The notes under the pieces were generated by a model, which worked only from the letters and a program-made list of their open reading frames with translations, made no database searches and was not told where the DNA came from. From Felis catus (Eukaryota): a DNA stretch of 64,000 nt. Within the stretch, counting starts at the first letter, position 1. Each line of letters begins with the position of its first letter. The position numbers and the translations under genes were made by a program. The stretch is from NCBI RefSeq assembly GCF_018350175.1, contig NC_058368.1, positions 154,940,001 to 155,004,000 of the forward strand, given 5' to 3'. Of this stretch, positions 12,233 to 24,621 are shown one piece after another.

Positions 12233-14856
12233 ACAGACTTCCAGTTTCAGCCCCAATATGTCAAAAGCTTAGAATACATCACCCCATTCATGAGGGAAAA
12301 AAAAAAAAAAAAAAACAGCTGGCCAATGTGAAAGTCAATGACTTTTCTCCGACATTTCGGAGAACTGGGGTCTCAATGCAAACTGCCATCCTGAAATCAA
12401 GAGAACAAGACCATCCTGAGATATAGAAACCAAGAAGTGTTTACGTGGAGCCATAAGCTGGTAGGAATAAAGATTAATCTTTACAAATTGAATTTGGATT
12501 GTATGAGAGCAAGAAACTACTGAGGACTATAATCTCAGGAAAGCCTTCGCACTTTCATGGACTTTACTTCTAGAAACCTTAACAAGTTCTCACAGTTAAG
12601 ATCTATAAAAGATATTCTCATGGCTCTGGAAGAGGGAGGGGAAGGGGAATCATCATGAAGTTTCCCAAAGCTTTCTCCATAAAAAAGAAGTAGACTCCAG
12701 GGAGAAAGACTGTGCCAGAACCTTACCCTAATTAGAGCCAGGCAATCATTCTACTCCTGTTCCCTAATGTTTCTCTATTTTACTAAGGATAAAACAAACA
12801 AACCAACAAAAAATATATTCGACAGAAGTCAGAGCTTCAAGGAAACAGAGTGGGAAGTCTGCAGTCAGAGAGCAGACAAGAGGGGAGGTGGGGGAGTGAG
12901 ACAACTAGAGAAACACATTTGATGGTCATAGCAGCCAGACAAAGGTCCACCAAAACATGGATATTTAATTGGAAGACAACAGAATGTTCTCCTTGCCCAT
13001 ATCCTACCACCATACCAACAGGATTCCAGTATAATAATAGTGGATTACAGCTGAAAGAGCTGCAAGGCACTGGCTTCCTCTGTGGAGAAGTATTAGCGAA
13101 GCTCAAAGAATAGGAGGAAGAAAAAAAAAAAAGGCAAGAGAGAGATTTAAAGCCTCTGGTACCTATAGCTACAGCAAACATTAAACACAATCAAATCCCT
13201 AGCCAGATGTCCATAAATCCTTGTAGTGAAGGCCCGTTTACCTCAGTTGCTATTATCCATTGCAATATGCTTGGCTTTCAAAAAAAATTACAAGGCATGA
13301 CAAAAGTCAAGAAGAAAACAGAGTATGAAGAGAGAAAGCAATCATCAGAACCAGACTTAGAAATGACACAGATGTTGGGATTATCAGAATTTTAAAATAA
13401 TTATGATTAATACGTTAAGAACTTTAATGGAAAAAATAAACGGCATTCAAGAACAGGTGGTTTATGTAAGTAGAGAGATGGAAACTCTAAGAAAGAATTC
13501 AAAAGAAATGCCAGAAGCAAAAACATAGTAACAAAAATAAAGCATGCCTTCAATGGACTCATTATTAGACTGACGTGCCAAGTAAAGAATCCGTGAACTT
13601 GAGGAGAGCTCAGTAGAAACTGAAATGCAAAGAGAAAATGAATGAAAACAAACAAAACATCCAAGAACTGTGGGACAGTTTCAAAAGGTATACCAAATAC
13701 CTCATTGTAGTATCTCTGATGGAGAAGAAAGACAGAACAAAGCAGGACAAATATTTAAAGTAAAATCATCAAGATTTATGATAGAATTTAAATCACAGAT
13801 TAAAGCAAAACAAAAACATACCTAGGCATATTGTATTTGAACTGCAATAAATGGAAGACAAAAAAACAAAATCTTGAAAGAAGCCAGAGGAGAGAACACC
13901 TTATCTACAGAGAAATAATAATGAGAATTATAGTAGACTTTCCACCAGAATTCATGGAAACATGAAAACAGTGACCTGAAATACTTAAAGATCAATGGGA
14001 TAGAATAGAGAGTCCAGAAATAAACCTACACAAATATGGCTAACTGATCTTGGACAATGGTGCAATTTAATGGAGAAAAGACAGTCTTTTCAACAAATGC
14101 TAGAACATAGGACATTCATACAAACAATTGAACCTAGATACAGACTTCATACCTTTCTCAAAAATTGCCTCGTAGTGGATCATAAACCTAACTATAAAAT
14201 CCAAGGTTGTAAAATTTCTGGAAGAAAACATGGGAGAAAATCTAGGTGACCTTGGATTTGATCATGAGCTTTTGGGTGCAGCACCAAAAGCACAACCCAT
14301 GAAAGGAAAGCTCGATGGGTTGTAGTTTACCAAAATTGAAAAATTCCCTTTGAAAGATAGTGTTGGTAATAAGAGGGAACAAGCTATATCTTGGAGAAAT
14401 ATTTACAAAACATAAATCTGATGGAAGGGGACTGTACCAGATTAGAACTCACAGGGCTCAAGAATGAGAGAGAAGTCAAGTGGAAGAATGGGCATGAGAT
14501 CTAAGACATTTCACTGCAGAGAACATATAGATGGCAGATAAGGATATGAAAGGATAATCCACATCATGTGTCATTAGAAGAATGCAAATTACATTCCTGG
14601 ATGAGGTCTTGGACTAGAAAAAAGAATGATAGTTAAAACCAAGGGAATCTGAATAAAGTATGCAATTTAGTTAATAAATATCAATATTGGTTCATTACTT
14701 GTGACAAATATACCATAGTAAGGCAAGATGTTAATAATGGCAGAAATTGGGTCTGAGGAATACATAGCAAAAAAAAAAACCACTCCGTACTAGCTTTGCA
14801 ATTACTCCATAAACCTGAAATTATTCTAAACTAAAAATGTTATTAAAAATATGTAT
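12233..14856 (+). mobile_element. Ancient L1M element with 5' region, ORF1 remnant, late-ORF2 remnant and 3' UTR (two large internal gaps)
   Basis: 13921-13989 translates as RIIVDFPPEFMET*KQ*PEILK (ORF1 C-terminal-like); from 13990 DQWDRIESPEINLHKYG*LILDNGA (ORF2-like); L1MC/MD-like 3' end at ~14600-14850; degenerate TSD AAAAAT(T/G)AATACAT at 12219-12232 and 14857-14870. Confidence 0.85.
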
Positions 14857-17023
14857 AAAAATGAATACATGTCCTTCAAGGTCACATGTGTACGTGAATA
14901 AGGGGAATTTCAAAGTCACTTACAACCCTGCATGTGCCTTATTTTTAAACATAATCATTTTTAACATAGACTATAATTCATGATTCAGTTAGCAAATGCT
15001 TCAAAGGCTCTTCAACAATTCCTAGCATACAGCTTGACCTTTAAGATTTTCATACATTTTGCCATAAGAAAAAAGTGTTTCCTTGTAATGAGCTTGATCT
15101 TCTGCTGTACTGCCTATGAGTGTGACTAACAAGGGCTGACAAGGAAGCATTCTCTGCCCTGCCTCGCTCCCCAGCACTAGCCTTGCCCTCCCAGGTTCCT
15201 CCTCTCCCCAGTGCTTACCCTGGGAAGGCTCCGAGGTGAAGTGATACATGTAAGCCCTCCCAGTGAGCACAGGTGAGGCAGCCCAGGATAAAACAGCAAA
15301 TGTGCATTGTCCTACAACACTTGCATCTATACTATATTACTGAGAAAACAAGTCCTCAGTTGCCAGTATGGACAATATTGACATTGGGGTTCAGCGAGGG
15401 AATTCTAAAAAAAAAAGAAGTGGAATAAGGTATTGCTTACACCTATTCCCAAGTTTTCCCGTTGGCTAAATGAGAAGACTTGAAAAAGTCCCTCTCTTCA
15501 CCTTCTAATGAGAACAAACCCTAAGGAAAGGCCCAAGTAAGATGTTCCTCACAGATTCCACCATCCAAGGTCAGTGTGATCCAGGTACTAAATTACTCCT
15601 GGGAGACACAGGTGCTGAACTACTCCTAGAGTCACAAGCTCCTGGAATGAAATGTTCCTAGCTGTATCCATACCCTCTGTTCTCCTTCCCAAGAGGGACA
15701 AAGGAAGTCAGAATAGGCCCCTGGAGGGCCCAAGTGGGAAAGAGATGTGTGCAGTCTTCGCCTGGCAGACAAATACTCATTTTTACGAGTTGGAAGCCTC
15801 CGGCTCCCTCCCTTGAATCAGGGCCTGCTGCAGCTCAGGCTGCTGCAGGATGTATTTGTCTTTCCCTGCACATTATTATTTTATTGTTATTACTCTCATT
15901 CCTTCCTAACTGTGAGCCAATGAGCAGAATTATTTTTATTTACTTTGATTTTTTGGATGCTTGAATATATTACTTCAATATAGTTTATAATCCCTATAAT
16001 AGCACATAATGGTTATACTTTAGACATTTAAAAGCAATTGGGCACATTCAATATGCTCATGACATATAACTTTATAATGCCCTATCTCTTTCTGTATTAA
16101 ATGTTTCATGTTAATAAATTCTAGCCTATTTTGTATGTTTCATATTTGAGAGTATAAACTCATAAAACCAATAATAACTGGCATGAATTTTTCTGGCAAA
16201 CTTACAGTGTGAAAATGTAATGGAGAACAGTTGATACCAGAGGTAAAGCTCCATAATTGAGGAAATCAACTAGAACATAAAGATAGCCTAAAATTCAAAT
16301 TCAATAGGATTCTGACCACTTCCAAAAATAACATCTTGGATATGCATTTGAATAAAATGTTACATCATGGCCAAGGGGGGGTCTGTGTGCAGATGAATCA
16401 TCCTCTGTCTGACCCAGACTCCTGACAAAGAGCAATTTCCATTGTAGACTTTTATAATATCATAGTTTCAACGTCATCTGTGTGCTAACACAACATTCTT
16501 CCAAAAACGGCAGGCTCTGCTTTACAGAAGCTCTGCAGCGTCTCTGTTTGACAAGACTGTAGAGAAAAATAAATAACTAAACATGATGGAGCATAATGGC
16601 ATGACATCATCCTCAGAGGTGACCCAAGATCCAGAGCCAGACCGAAGCTCACATCCCTGGTGCACATTCTCGTCCACTATTACAGCAATTCCCAGCGTCT
16701 TGTCAGACACGCGTGGGGTAATGGAGACAGGGCAAGCTTCCAGCCCAAGGAAGTTGCTGGAAGTCCTTGGAAGTCATTTCGAGTAGATCAGACTTCCTCT
16801 CTTTATTTTCCCAGAAGAAACTCACGTCTCATTGTACACATGTAAGGAAAGTAGAGTATGAAAGGAAGAAAGAAGGCACTGAAATAAACTATCCCAAAGG
16901 GCTTTGGGAATTTAATAAAGCATGATTTCCATAGCCTTAGGTTCAATTCCTTGTGCCTACACAAGCTAATCCTTTATTTTTGTGCCGAAAGATACTTAGC
17001 AGCTTCTGTCTCTGATTCCTAAT

Positions 17024-17052
<29 letters not shown>
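17024..17052. repeat. (CA)n microsatellite
   Basis: Direct observation. Confidence 0.95.
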
Positions 17053-17054
<2 letters not shown>

Positions 17055-17954
17055 ATCCAACATCCAACAACATTCCTTTTCTCTAAACCTAGGCTGACTC
17101 ATGAGACAAAAACAATTTTCTATCAGGTCCCTCTGTAGGTAATGGCCAAATTTGGTCTAATATGGTAACTATATTTCTGACTCAGACTTTATTCTTTTTC
17201 TCTCCTGAGATAACTCCACTCCTTCTCTCTTTTGTTTTCCCCTCCATGTAAATTCTACAGCATCATTTACAAGGAAAATACTACTAGATATAATATCAAT
17301 TACCTGTCATAAAAGAGTCATTAGCCTTTTGGTTGTGGCTGTTCTCTTATATAACAGGTATTCATTTTTTAATGATTTGATGTGATTTAACTGTACTTTT
17401 AAAAACTACCCTAGCTACAATCTCCCTGGATGACATCTGAGGCAGAGTTACATCATTATCAAACTTTAATAACAATTTCCCAGTGTATTATCACATGACT
17501 TTAATGGAATCTTAAAAATATATCTTTATTTCTTTTGAAAAAGGACACTAACTTACATTGCTACTAGAATATTTGGGGTCAAAGAATAATAGTAAGATAA
17601 GAAAAAAATAATAAAGTAAGAGATTTATTGCTAGACTACATATTTCTTTTCTCATTTTTTAGCTTTCAATTTGTTGCTTTGGATACTACAAATCATTTAA
17701 TCATGAAAATCATGTTTAGGCCTCTGAAATAATGTTGCAAAGAGAGATATAATTTCACAAAATATCTTTCCCTCAGGAAAACTGAAATGAGAGAAATAAA
17801 GTGCTTTTATAACTACATAGAACAAATTCTTACTTTTATAAACAATGGCCATTTTCTTATGATTTTAATAAAGGCAGCAATACTTTTCTATTCAATAAAA
17901 TTTAACAAAGTATATGCATATTTTAAAAAATTTAAATTGTAGGTAATATTTTTA

Positions 17955-18171
17955 TTTTTATTTTTTAATGTTTTTTTTTTAAATTTATTTTTGAGAGGCA
18001 GAGAGTGCAAGTGAGGGAGAGACAGCGAGAGAGGGAGAGAGGGAGACAGAGGATCCAAACCAGGCTCTGTGCTGAAAGCTCAGAGCCTGACACAGGACTG
18101 AAACTCACGAACCGTGAGATCATGACCTGAGCTGAAGTCAGATGTTTAACTGACTGAGCCACCCAGGCACC
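17955..18171 (-). mobile_element. Feline SINE
   Basis: Reverse-complement SINE; TSD TAGGTAA(T/C)ATTTTTA at 17940-17954 and 18176-18190. Confidence 0.93.
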
Positions 18172-18414
18172 GATTTAGGTAACATTTTTAAAGGGACATT
18201 ATCATTTAGAGCTGCACACGTTAATAATCCTCTATAATGCATAAACGGAGATGTTTAAAAACCACTAAAATATGAATCACCAATCACAATGACAGCATAT
18301 ATATGTCTAAAATAAGAAAATAAATGTAATAAATGTTTATAAAATATTGATCTGAAAATTAAATTTGTGGGGACAAATACCACAGTAGAGCAACACCAGA
18401 CTTAATTAAAAATC

Positions 18415-18490
18415 CAAGTTTACTCCTAACCCCATCTGGTTTACTATGTGATCTGAGCAAGTCACATGATTTCTCTAGACATCAGTTTCT
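18415..18490 (+). mobile_element. MIR fragment (interrupted by SINE)
   Basis: 'tgtgatctgagcaagtcacatgatttctctagacatcagtttct' matches MIR core. Confidence 0.6.
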
Positions 18491-18504
18491 TTTTTTTTTA
18501 ATAT

Positions 18505-18535
<31 letters not shown>

Positions 18536-18715
18536 GAGAGAAAGAGATAGAGAGCAAGTGGAGAAGGGAAAGAGAGGGAGACAGAGAATCCCAAGGAGGT
18601 TCCATGCTGCCAGTGCAGATCCCAATATGGGGCTCAAACGCACAAACTGTGAGATTATGACCTGAGCTGAAACCAAGAGTCAGATGCCTAACTGACTGAG
18701 CCACCTAGGTGCCCC
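18491..18715 (-). mobile_element. Older carnivore/feline SINE
   Basis: Reverse SINE with (ATTT)n tail; degenerate TSD CTCTAGAC(A/C)TCAGT(T/G)TCT. Confidence 0.92.
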
Positions 18716-19215
18716 TCTAGACCTCAGTGTCTTAATTTTGCGAATTGATACAAAATTTCTATATTCCCCTTTTTCCATCTACATTTTGGGAAATTATGCA
18801 CCCATTTCCATTACTGTAATGCCTATCTTTGAATCGGCTGATATTTAGCTGGAAAACATTAGAATAGCAGTCCTAGTTGCTTGTAGACTTATCTTTTCTC
18901 ATTGGTCAGTGTCCCTTTATGATTAGCTATTGTCCAGATCATGCCTGTCATTAAATGTTTTGAATTACTGCCTTATATATTTAGCATGCATCTTTTACCC
19001 CAAATCCATCTTTAACAATGTATCTAACCCATTTTCAAACATTACCAAGACCATCGAAAAACTTAGTTCAGTCTTCTGTATCTTCCACACTATTATTTAT
19101 CATTTAAATCCCTTGCTTATTTTAACCTGCCATCTTCCAAAAATAGATTTATCTTCTGATAAGTTTGCCAATATATATTGTTAAATTAATTTGATTATTG
19201 ATGCTTTTATTATTT

Positions 19216-19431
19216 AAAATTTTTTTTTCAACGTTTATTTATTTTTGGGACAGAGAGAGACAGAGCATGAACGGGGGAGGGGCAGCGAGAGAGGGAGACA
19301 CAGAATCGGAAACAGGCTCCAGGCTCTGAGCCATGAGACCAGAGCCCAACGCAGGGCTCGAACTCACAGACCGCGAGATCGTGACCTGGCTGAAGTCGGA
19401 CGCTTAACCGACTGCACCACCCAGGCGCCCC
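19216..19431 (-). mobile_element. Young feline SINE (SINEC_Fc type)
   Basis: CpG-rich reverse SINE; perfect TSD GATGCTTTTATTATTT at 19200-19215 and 19433-19448. Confidence 0.97.
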
Positions 19432-19449
19432 AGATGCTTTTATTATTTT

Positions 19450-20330
19450 CGTTCCCTCTTCTGTGGTTGATTTTCTTCTTACTAAAATGTATTCTTCTAA
19501 AGTTCTCTCAGAATACGTCTGGGATATAAATGCCCTATCTTTCTTTTCTGAAAAAGTCTTCATGTTGCCATCATCCCTATATGATAATTTCACCAGGCAT
19601 AGAAATCCATGCAAAAAATTGTTTTCCCTAAACTCTTAAAAGGCACCTGTGTAGCTCAATCAGTTGAGTGTCCAGCTTTGCCTCAGGTCATGATCTCATG
19701 ACTCGTGAGCTCAAGCCCCATGTTGGGCTCTGTGTGGAAAGCTCAGACCCTGGAGCCTGCTTTGGATTCTGTCTCTGTCTCTCTCTGTCTCTCCCCGACT
19801 CATTGCCTCTCTTTCTCTCTCAAATATAAATAAACATTAAAAAAAATTTTTAGGACATTAATCTACTACCTTTTGAGAATAAATGTCATCCATTTGCAAA
19901 TAATATTTCTTTTCTGTTTGCATTTAAGATTTTCTTTTTATCATTGATGTTATGCAACTTCAGTACTATGTGTCTTCTTGTGGACTTGTTTAGAGTGTTT
20001 GAAATCATCATTATCTCTTTACATATTCTGGATTTGGGTGTTCAGAACTTATTATTTTGAAAATTTCCCCTCTCCATTTTTTTCCTCAGTATGAAATTCC
20101 ATGGAGTGTGTAGTGAACCTTTTCTTTTCAACCCATTCTGTTTCTTTAAAGATCTCTCATGTTTTTCATCCATTCATCTATGCCCCATTTGAGATTTTTC
20201 CACAAATCAACCTTCCATGTCATTAAGTTTATCTTCAGCTGTGTCTAGACTCATCCATATAGTTTGATTTTTAATCAACTGTGATGTTAATTTATAAAAA
20301 TTCTGTTTTTATGTTTGCTTGTTTTTTAAA
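19450..20330 (-). mobile_element. Ancient L1M/HAL1-like ORF1-region fragment, interrupted by SINE
   Basis: 'gataatttcaccaggcatagaaatcc' and 'tttaagattttctttttatcattgatgttatgcaacttcagtactatgtgtc' resemble antisense L1M ORF1. Confidence 0.6.
19642..19846 (+). mobile_element. Feline SINE
   Basis: SINE body, (CT) tract, AATAAA and A tail. Confidence 0.92.
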
Positions 20331-20542
20331 TGCACCTATCTTTTTATACAACCTGATAAAGGTTGTTTAATACTGGAGTTCTAGAATAAGAAGATCACTA
20401 TTGCCCTACACCTAGACTTCTTCCTCCAGTAGCTGTGTCATTCATTAATAAGACCATAATTTTAATCTCCTATTTCACTCCTTAATTAAGTCCCAGTATG
20501 CTTTTTTTTTAATAACATGAATTACATTTAGAAAGCATAGAA

Positions 20543-20755
20543 GGGGTGCCTGGGTGGCTTGGTCGGTTAACTGTCCAACTTCGGCTCAGGTCATGATCTC
20601 ACAGTCTGTGAGTTCGAGCCCCGCGTCAGGCTATGTGCTGACAGCTCAGAGCCTGGAGCCTGTTTCAGATTCTGTGTCTCCCTCTCTCTCTGCTCCTCCC
20701 CTGTTCATGCTCTGTCTAAAAAATAAATAAATGTTAAAAAAAAATTTTTTTAAAA
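20543..20755 (+). mobile_element. Feline SINE
   Basis: SINE consensus; TSD AGAAAGCATAGAA at 20530-20542 and 20756-20768. Confidence 0.95.
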
Positions 20756-20772
20756 AGAAAGCATAGAAGAAT

Positions 20773-21100
20773 ATAGGAGTCTTAAACACAAATGTCTGCA
20801 GGGACAATACAAATAATGTAAGTGGAGTTATCCATTGGAAACTACATCAGATGGGGGAAAAAAGGACCAGCATAAAGCAAAAAGCTACTATTCAGCTGCA
20901 GCCAAATTTTGCTATATGGAATGTAGACCTACTGTTGCCAGGTTTTCTTTTTCAAGAAAATTTAAGTATCTTGATTTTTTCTATGAAATCTCCCCAAATC
21001 TCAGTGTTGGAACTAATTCATTTTTAGAAAGTTTCTGGTGATGAAAAAAACATGTCTTCTGGCCATATTTGAAGCACAGATCTGGTAATTAGACATCTTG
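20773..21100. mobile_element. MER102-like hAT-Charlie DNA transposon relic
   Basis: 'ttgccagg...tttttcaagaaaa...gatttttt..tgaaatctccc' resembles recalled MER102 consensus. Confidence 0.55.
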
Positions 21101-21124
21101 ATTAATATTTTAGCTTTTAGAAAA

Positions 21125-21290
21125 CAATTTACTTAATGTCTCTAAGCATTATTTTTCACATCTGTAAAATGGAGACCATCTGTAAAATGGAACCATGTTA
21201 TGATAACTAAGACAGGAAAGGAAGGTAATGCATGTTAAACAGTACTTAATACATAGTAGTCACTTAATAAAGTTCTAGAGCTGAATAAAG
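21125..21290 (+). mobile_element. MIR fragment
   Basis: 'acttaatgtctctaagc...catctgtaaaatgg...atagtagtcacttaataaa' MIR core and 3' end. Confidence 0.65.
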
Positions 21291-21920
21291 GTCTTTAATA
21301 TTGTCAATATTAAACTGTATCTCCAGTGTCCAATCTAGAGTGGCACTTATTAATAGTAATTATTAGTGGTACTATTAGTAATTCAACAACTGCTGAATGA
21401 ATGATTAATGTTATATGTATAAGTTTTAGTTTACAAGTTTGATTTTATTCCATATAGATTTAATATACAGGACTATAGAGCTAGCTGATATTTTTCATGG
21501 TTTGTGAATGAAATTACTATAAAACATGAGTAGCTATGAATCAGTTCACTCAACTTGCTAAACTATTCCCTGGAAAAAGTTAGACAAAATTATACATTGC
21601 AGAAAGCATTTAGATCTCAGTAGTTTTACGTACTAGTATCCTTTACATACAAGTATGTGTTAAGTAGCTTAGGTACACAAAGATTCCAGGATATCAATTC
21701 TCAAAAGAGAGGATAGAGAGAAACAAAGCTGACATTGTAGACCATTTCCTTGGCTCAAAGGGGCTCGTGGTTGGTAAAAGAGAAAACAGTACACATATAA
21801 TACAAAGGTAAAAAAGAAAAGTATGTTTAGGGGGCAGAAGAGGGTTGGTTAAAGCACAATCATGAATAAACACCTCAAAGTTTCCAATTAATGCACCAGT
21901 TTTCTGAAAGGTGCCCTTTT

Positions 21921-22524
21921 TTTTCAATATATGAAATTTATTGTCAAATTGGTTTCCATACAACACCCAGTACTCATCCCAAAAGGTGCCCTCCTCAATA
22001 CCCATCACCCACCCTCCCCTCCCTCTCACCCCCCATCAACCCTCAGTTTGTTCTCAGTTTTTAAGAGTCTCTTATGCTTTGGCTCTCTCCCACTCTAACC
22101 TCTTTTTTTTTTTTCCTTCCCCTCCCCCATGGGTTTCTGTTAAGTTTCTCAAGATCCACATAAGAGTGAAAACATATGGTATCTTTCTCAGTATGGCTTA
22201 TTTCACTTAGCATCACACTCTGCAGTTCCATCCACGTCGCTACAAAGGGCCATATTTCATTCTTTCTCATTGCCACGTAGTATTCCATTGTGTATATAAA
22301 CCACAATTTCTTTATCCATTCATCAGTTGATGGACATTTAGGCTCTTTCCATAATTTGCCTATTGTTGAGAGTGCTGCTATAAACATTGGGGTACAAGTG
22401 CCCCTATGCATCAGTACTCCTGTATCCCTTGGGTAAATTCCTAGCAGTGCTACTGCTGGGTCATAGGGTAGATCTATTTTTAATTTTTTGAGGAACCTCC
22501 ACACTGTTTTCCAGAGTGGCTGCA
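21921..22524 (-). mobile_element. Young 5'-truncated carnivore L1 (ORF2 C-terminus plus 3' UTR)
   Basis: ORF 22061-22525 gives QPLWKTVWRFLKKLKIDLPYDPA...TCTPMFIAAL...WMELQSVMLSEIS (L1 ORF2p C-terminus); perfect 16-bp TSD TGAAAGGTGCCCTTTT at 21905-21920 and 22525-22540. Confidence 0.97.
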
Positions 22525-23642
22525 TGAAAGGTGCCCTTTTAAATCCTCCTCCACATGCATGTTGTTGGAAACATACACTAACTAAATCTCAAGACTGAGG
22601 AACAGGCTGTTAGGGGAGTCTTTTAAATCCTATCTTAGCCACATGGCTGAAGGTCATGTTTCTAAATTCACTTAGGTTTGGAATGCAAGAATATTTGGAG
22701 GCTCATTCATTTTCCTAGTTTGGCTCTATTTTGAATTGATATTCATTTGTGTTACAGTAAAAGCAGCACATTTTAGGTTTAGTTCTGGGCTCCATAAAAT
22801 TTTGAAGTTCAATGTCAAGTTCTATCATTTCTTCATGTGGTTTAAGTTGGTATTTGGGTAAATTTAGAAATGAGCACACTGGGATTATCCAGGGCTTTCC
22901 CCAGATGGTCCAATCGTCTCAGAACTAGGCCACTTTTCTAGGTTCTTCTGGTCTGTGGCTTTGCTGAATGTTCTGAGAGGAACTTGGGCACTATCAGCAT
23001 GCTTTCTCTAATAGAAAGAAACTAAACTAATAAATTTTACTTTGTGAAGATGCTATTACATTTTCTTAATTTATGAAAATTAGTTTGAGTAGTTTCATTT
23101 CTCATTCAAAACTTTGGCCCAAAATATATATACTTGCCAACAATTTCATAATGTAGACTGCTAAATGAAAATAAGAAATAAATACATATTCTCTACCCCA
23201 TAGCTATTCTCCTATGTGTTGAGCTTCCATCTGTTTGCCTTTTGTTTTTGTTTATGTGAAGCTTTACATTTTGCCATCAATATGTTATGTTGTGTTGTGT
23301 TAACTTGTAAGCTGAGACAAAGATAAAAAATTACACACTTTCACTGACATTTTAGTTGACTGACTAGTAAAACCCGATTTGAAAATTCAGTGAGGATATA
23401 ATAGATTGCATTAAAAGTATTTTCTGAGGACAAACTCCTACATGGAAATAATTGATAATTTCTTAAAGGACAAGGACCTAAATGATGGATGTCTCTGTCA
23501 TAAGTGAAAAGTGAGTATATTCATGGTATAAGAAATCTAACTTCCATAGGAGACTTGTTTCCAGCACTGCCTTTCATTCTACTTTCTGTGGAAAATGCCT
23601 CAAACTGGCGGTTCTCTAGATATTTGAGCCAGTGGGAGGGTT

Positions 23643-23695
23643 TTACTTTACTTCACTTCACTTCACTTCACTTCACTTCACTTCACTTTACTTTA
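23643..23695. repeat. (CTTCA)n pentanucleotide repeat with CTTTA flanking units
   Basis: Direct observation. Confidence 0.95.
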
Positions 23696-24400
23696 AAGTG
23701 GGCTATAAGAGGAGGAAATGGTGCAAAGAGCTCATAACACATTAACAATGAAGTTTTACTCATACAATGACAATTGCATTCATATATTTTAGAGATTTAC
23801 AGGAGAGGTAACTAATTCTGATTATAAATATTTTTACACAGTATAGCAGGTAAAAACATGGTTTACTGTGGATGTATTAGTTGCCATCCTCATAGAGACA
23901 CATGGCCATCTTCAGGCTCTGGATCAGCATAGATTTGTTCCACAGGTAATGACAATTGCTTTGGCTCTAGGTATGGGCCATTTTAATGCCAGATTTAAAA
24001 AAAAAGATCTTTCACCCTATTGTAGCCAAAGAATGGTATTATCAAAATAGTGGCAATGCCTTCAACAAAAGAGTGACACCACTTGATTGCACAGGGCAGT
24101 GTAGTAAGGCTTCCCAGATCAGATGGCACCTGTCACCTAATCTAAGTTTTTCCACCTTTTCAACTATAAGGACTCCCTTACCCCTTTTTTATTTTTTGTT
24201 TTTCTATTGTTGTCCATATTTTGAAGATTTTTGAAGGCTTAAATACATTTTATTTATTAAGTAAAAGTCAATTTATGATTTCATGTTATCTTTGTTAATA
24301 AGCATATGAAGAGAGACATATTCTGTGATTCTGATCATTGCACTACACTGAACTATTACAATTCCAGCCAAAGTGTCAATTTAGACTCTCAAACTATCTT

Positions 24401-24621
24401 TTTTTTTTTCTAATTTTTTTAATGTTTATTTGTCTTCGAAAGAGAGGCAGACTGCAACTGGGAGGCACAGAAAGAGAGGGAGAGACAGAATCAGAAGCAG
24501 GCTCCAGGCTCTGTCTGAGCTGTCAGCACAGAGCCCAGTGTGGGGCCCGAATCCATGAACTGTGAGATCATGACCTGAGCCAAAGTCAGATGCTTAACTG
24601 ACTGAGCCATCCAGGCACCCC
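24401..24621 (-). mobile_element. Feline SINE
   Basis: Reverse SINE; TSD CTCTCAAACTATCTT at 24386-24400 and 24625-24639. Confidence 0.95.

Noticed and set aside
22061..22525. 154-aa ORF as a host gene
   Set aside because: It is the C-terminus of L1 ORF2 in a 5'-truncated insertion; the ATG is created at the TSD junction.
23643..23695. Regular short repeats as a CRISPR-like array
   Set aside because: Simple pentanucleotide microsatellite without spacers in a mammalian genome.
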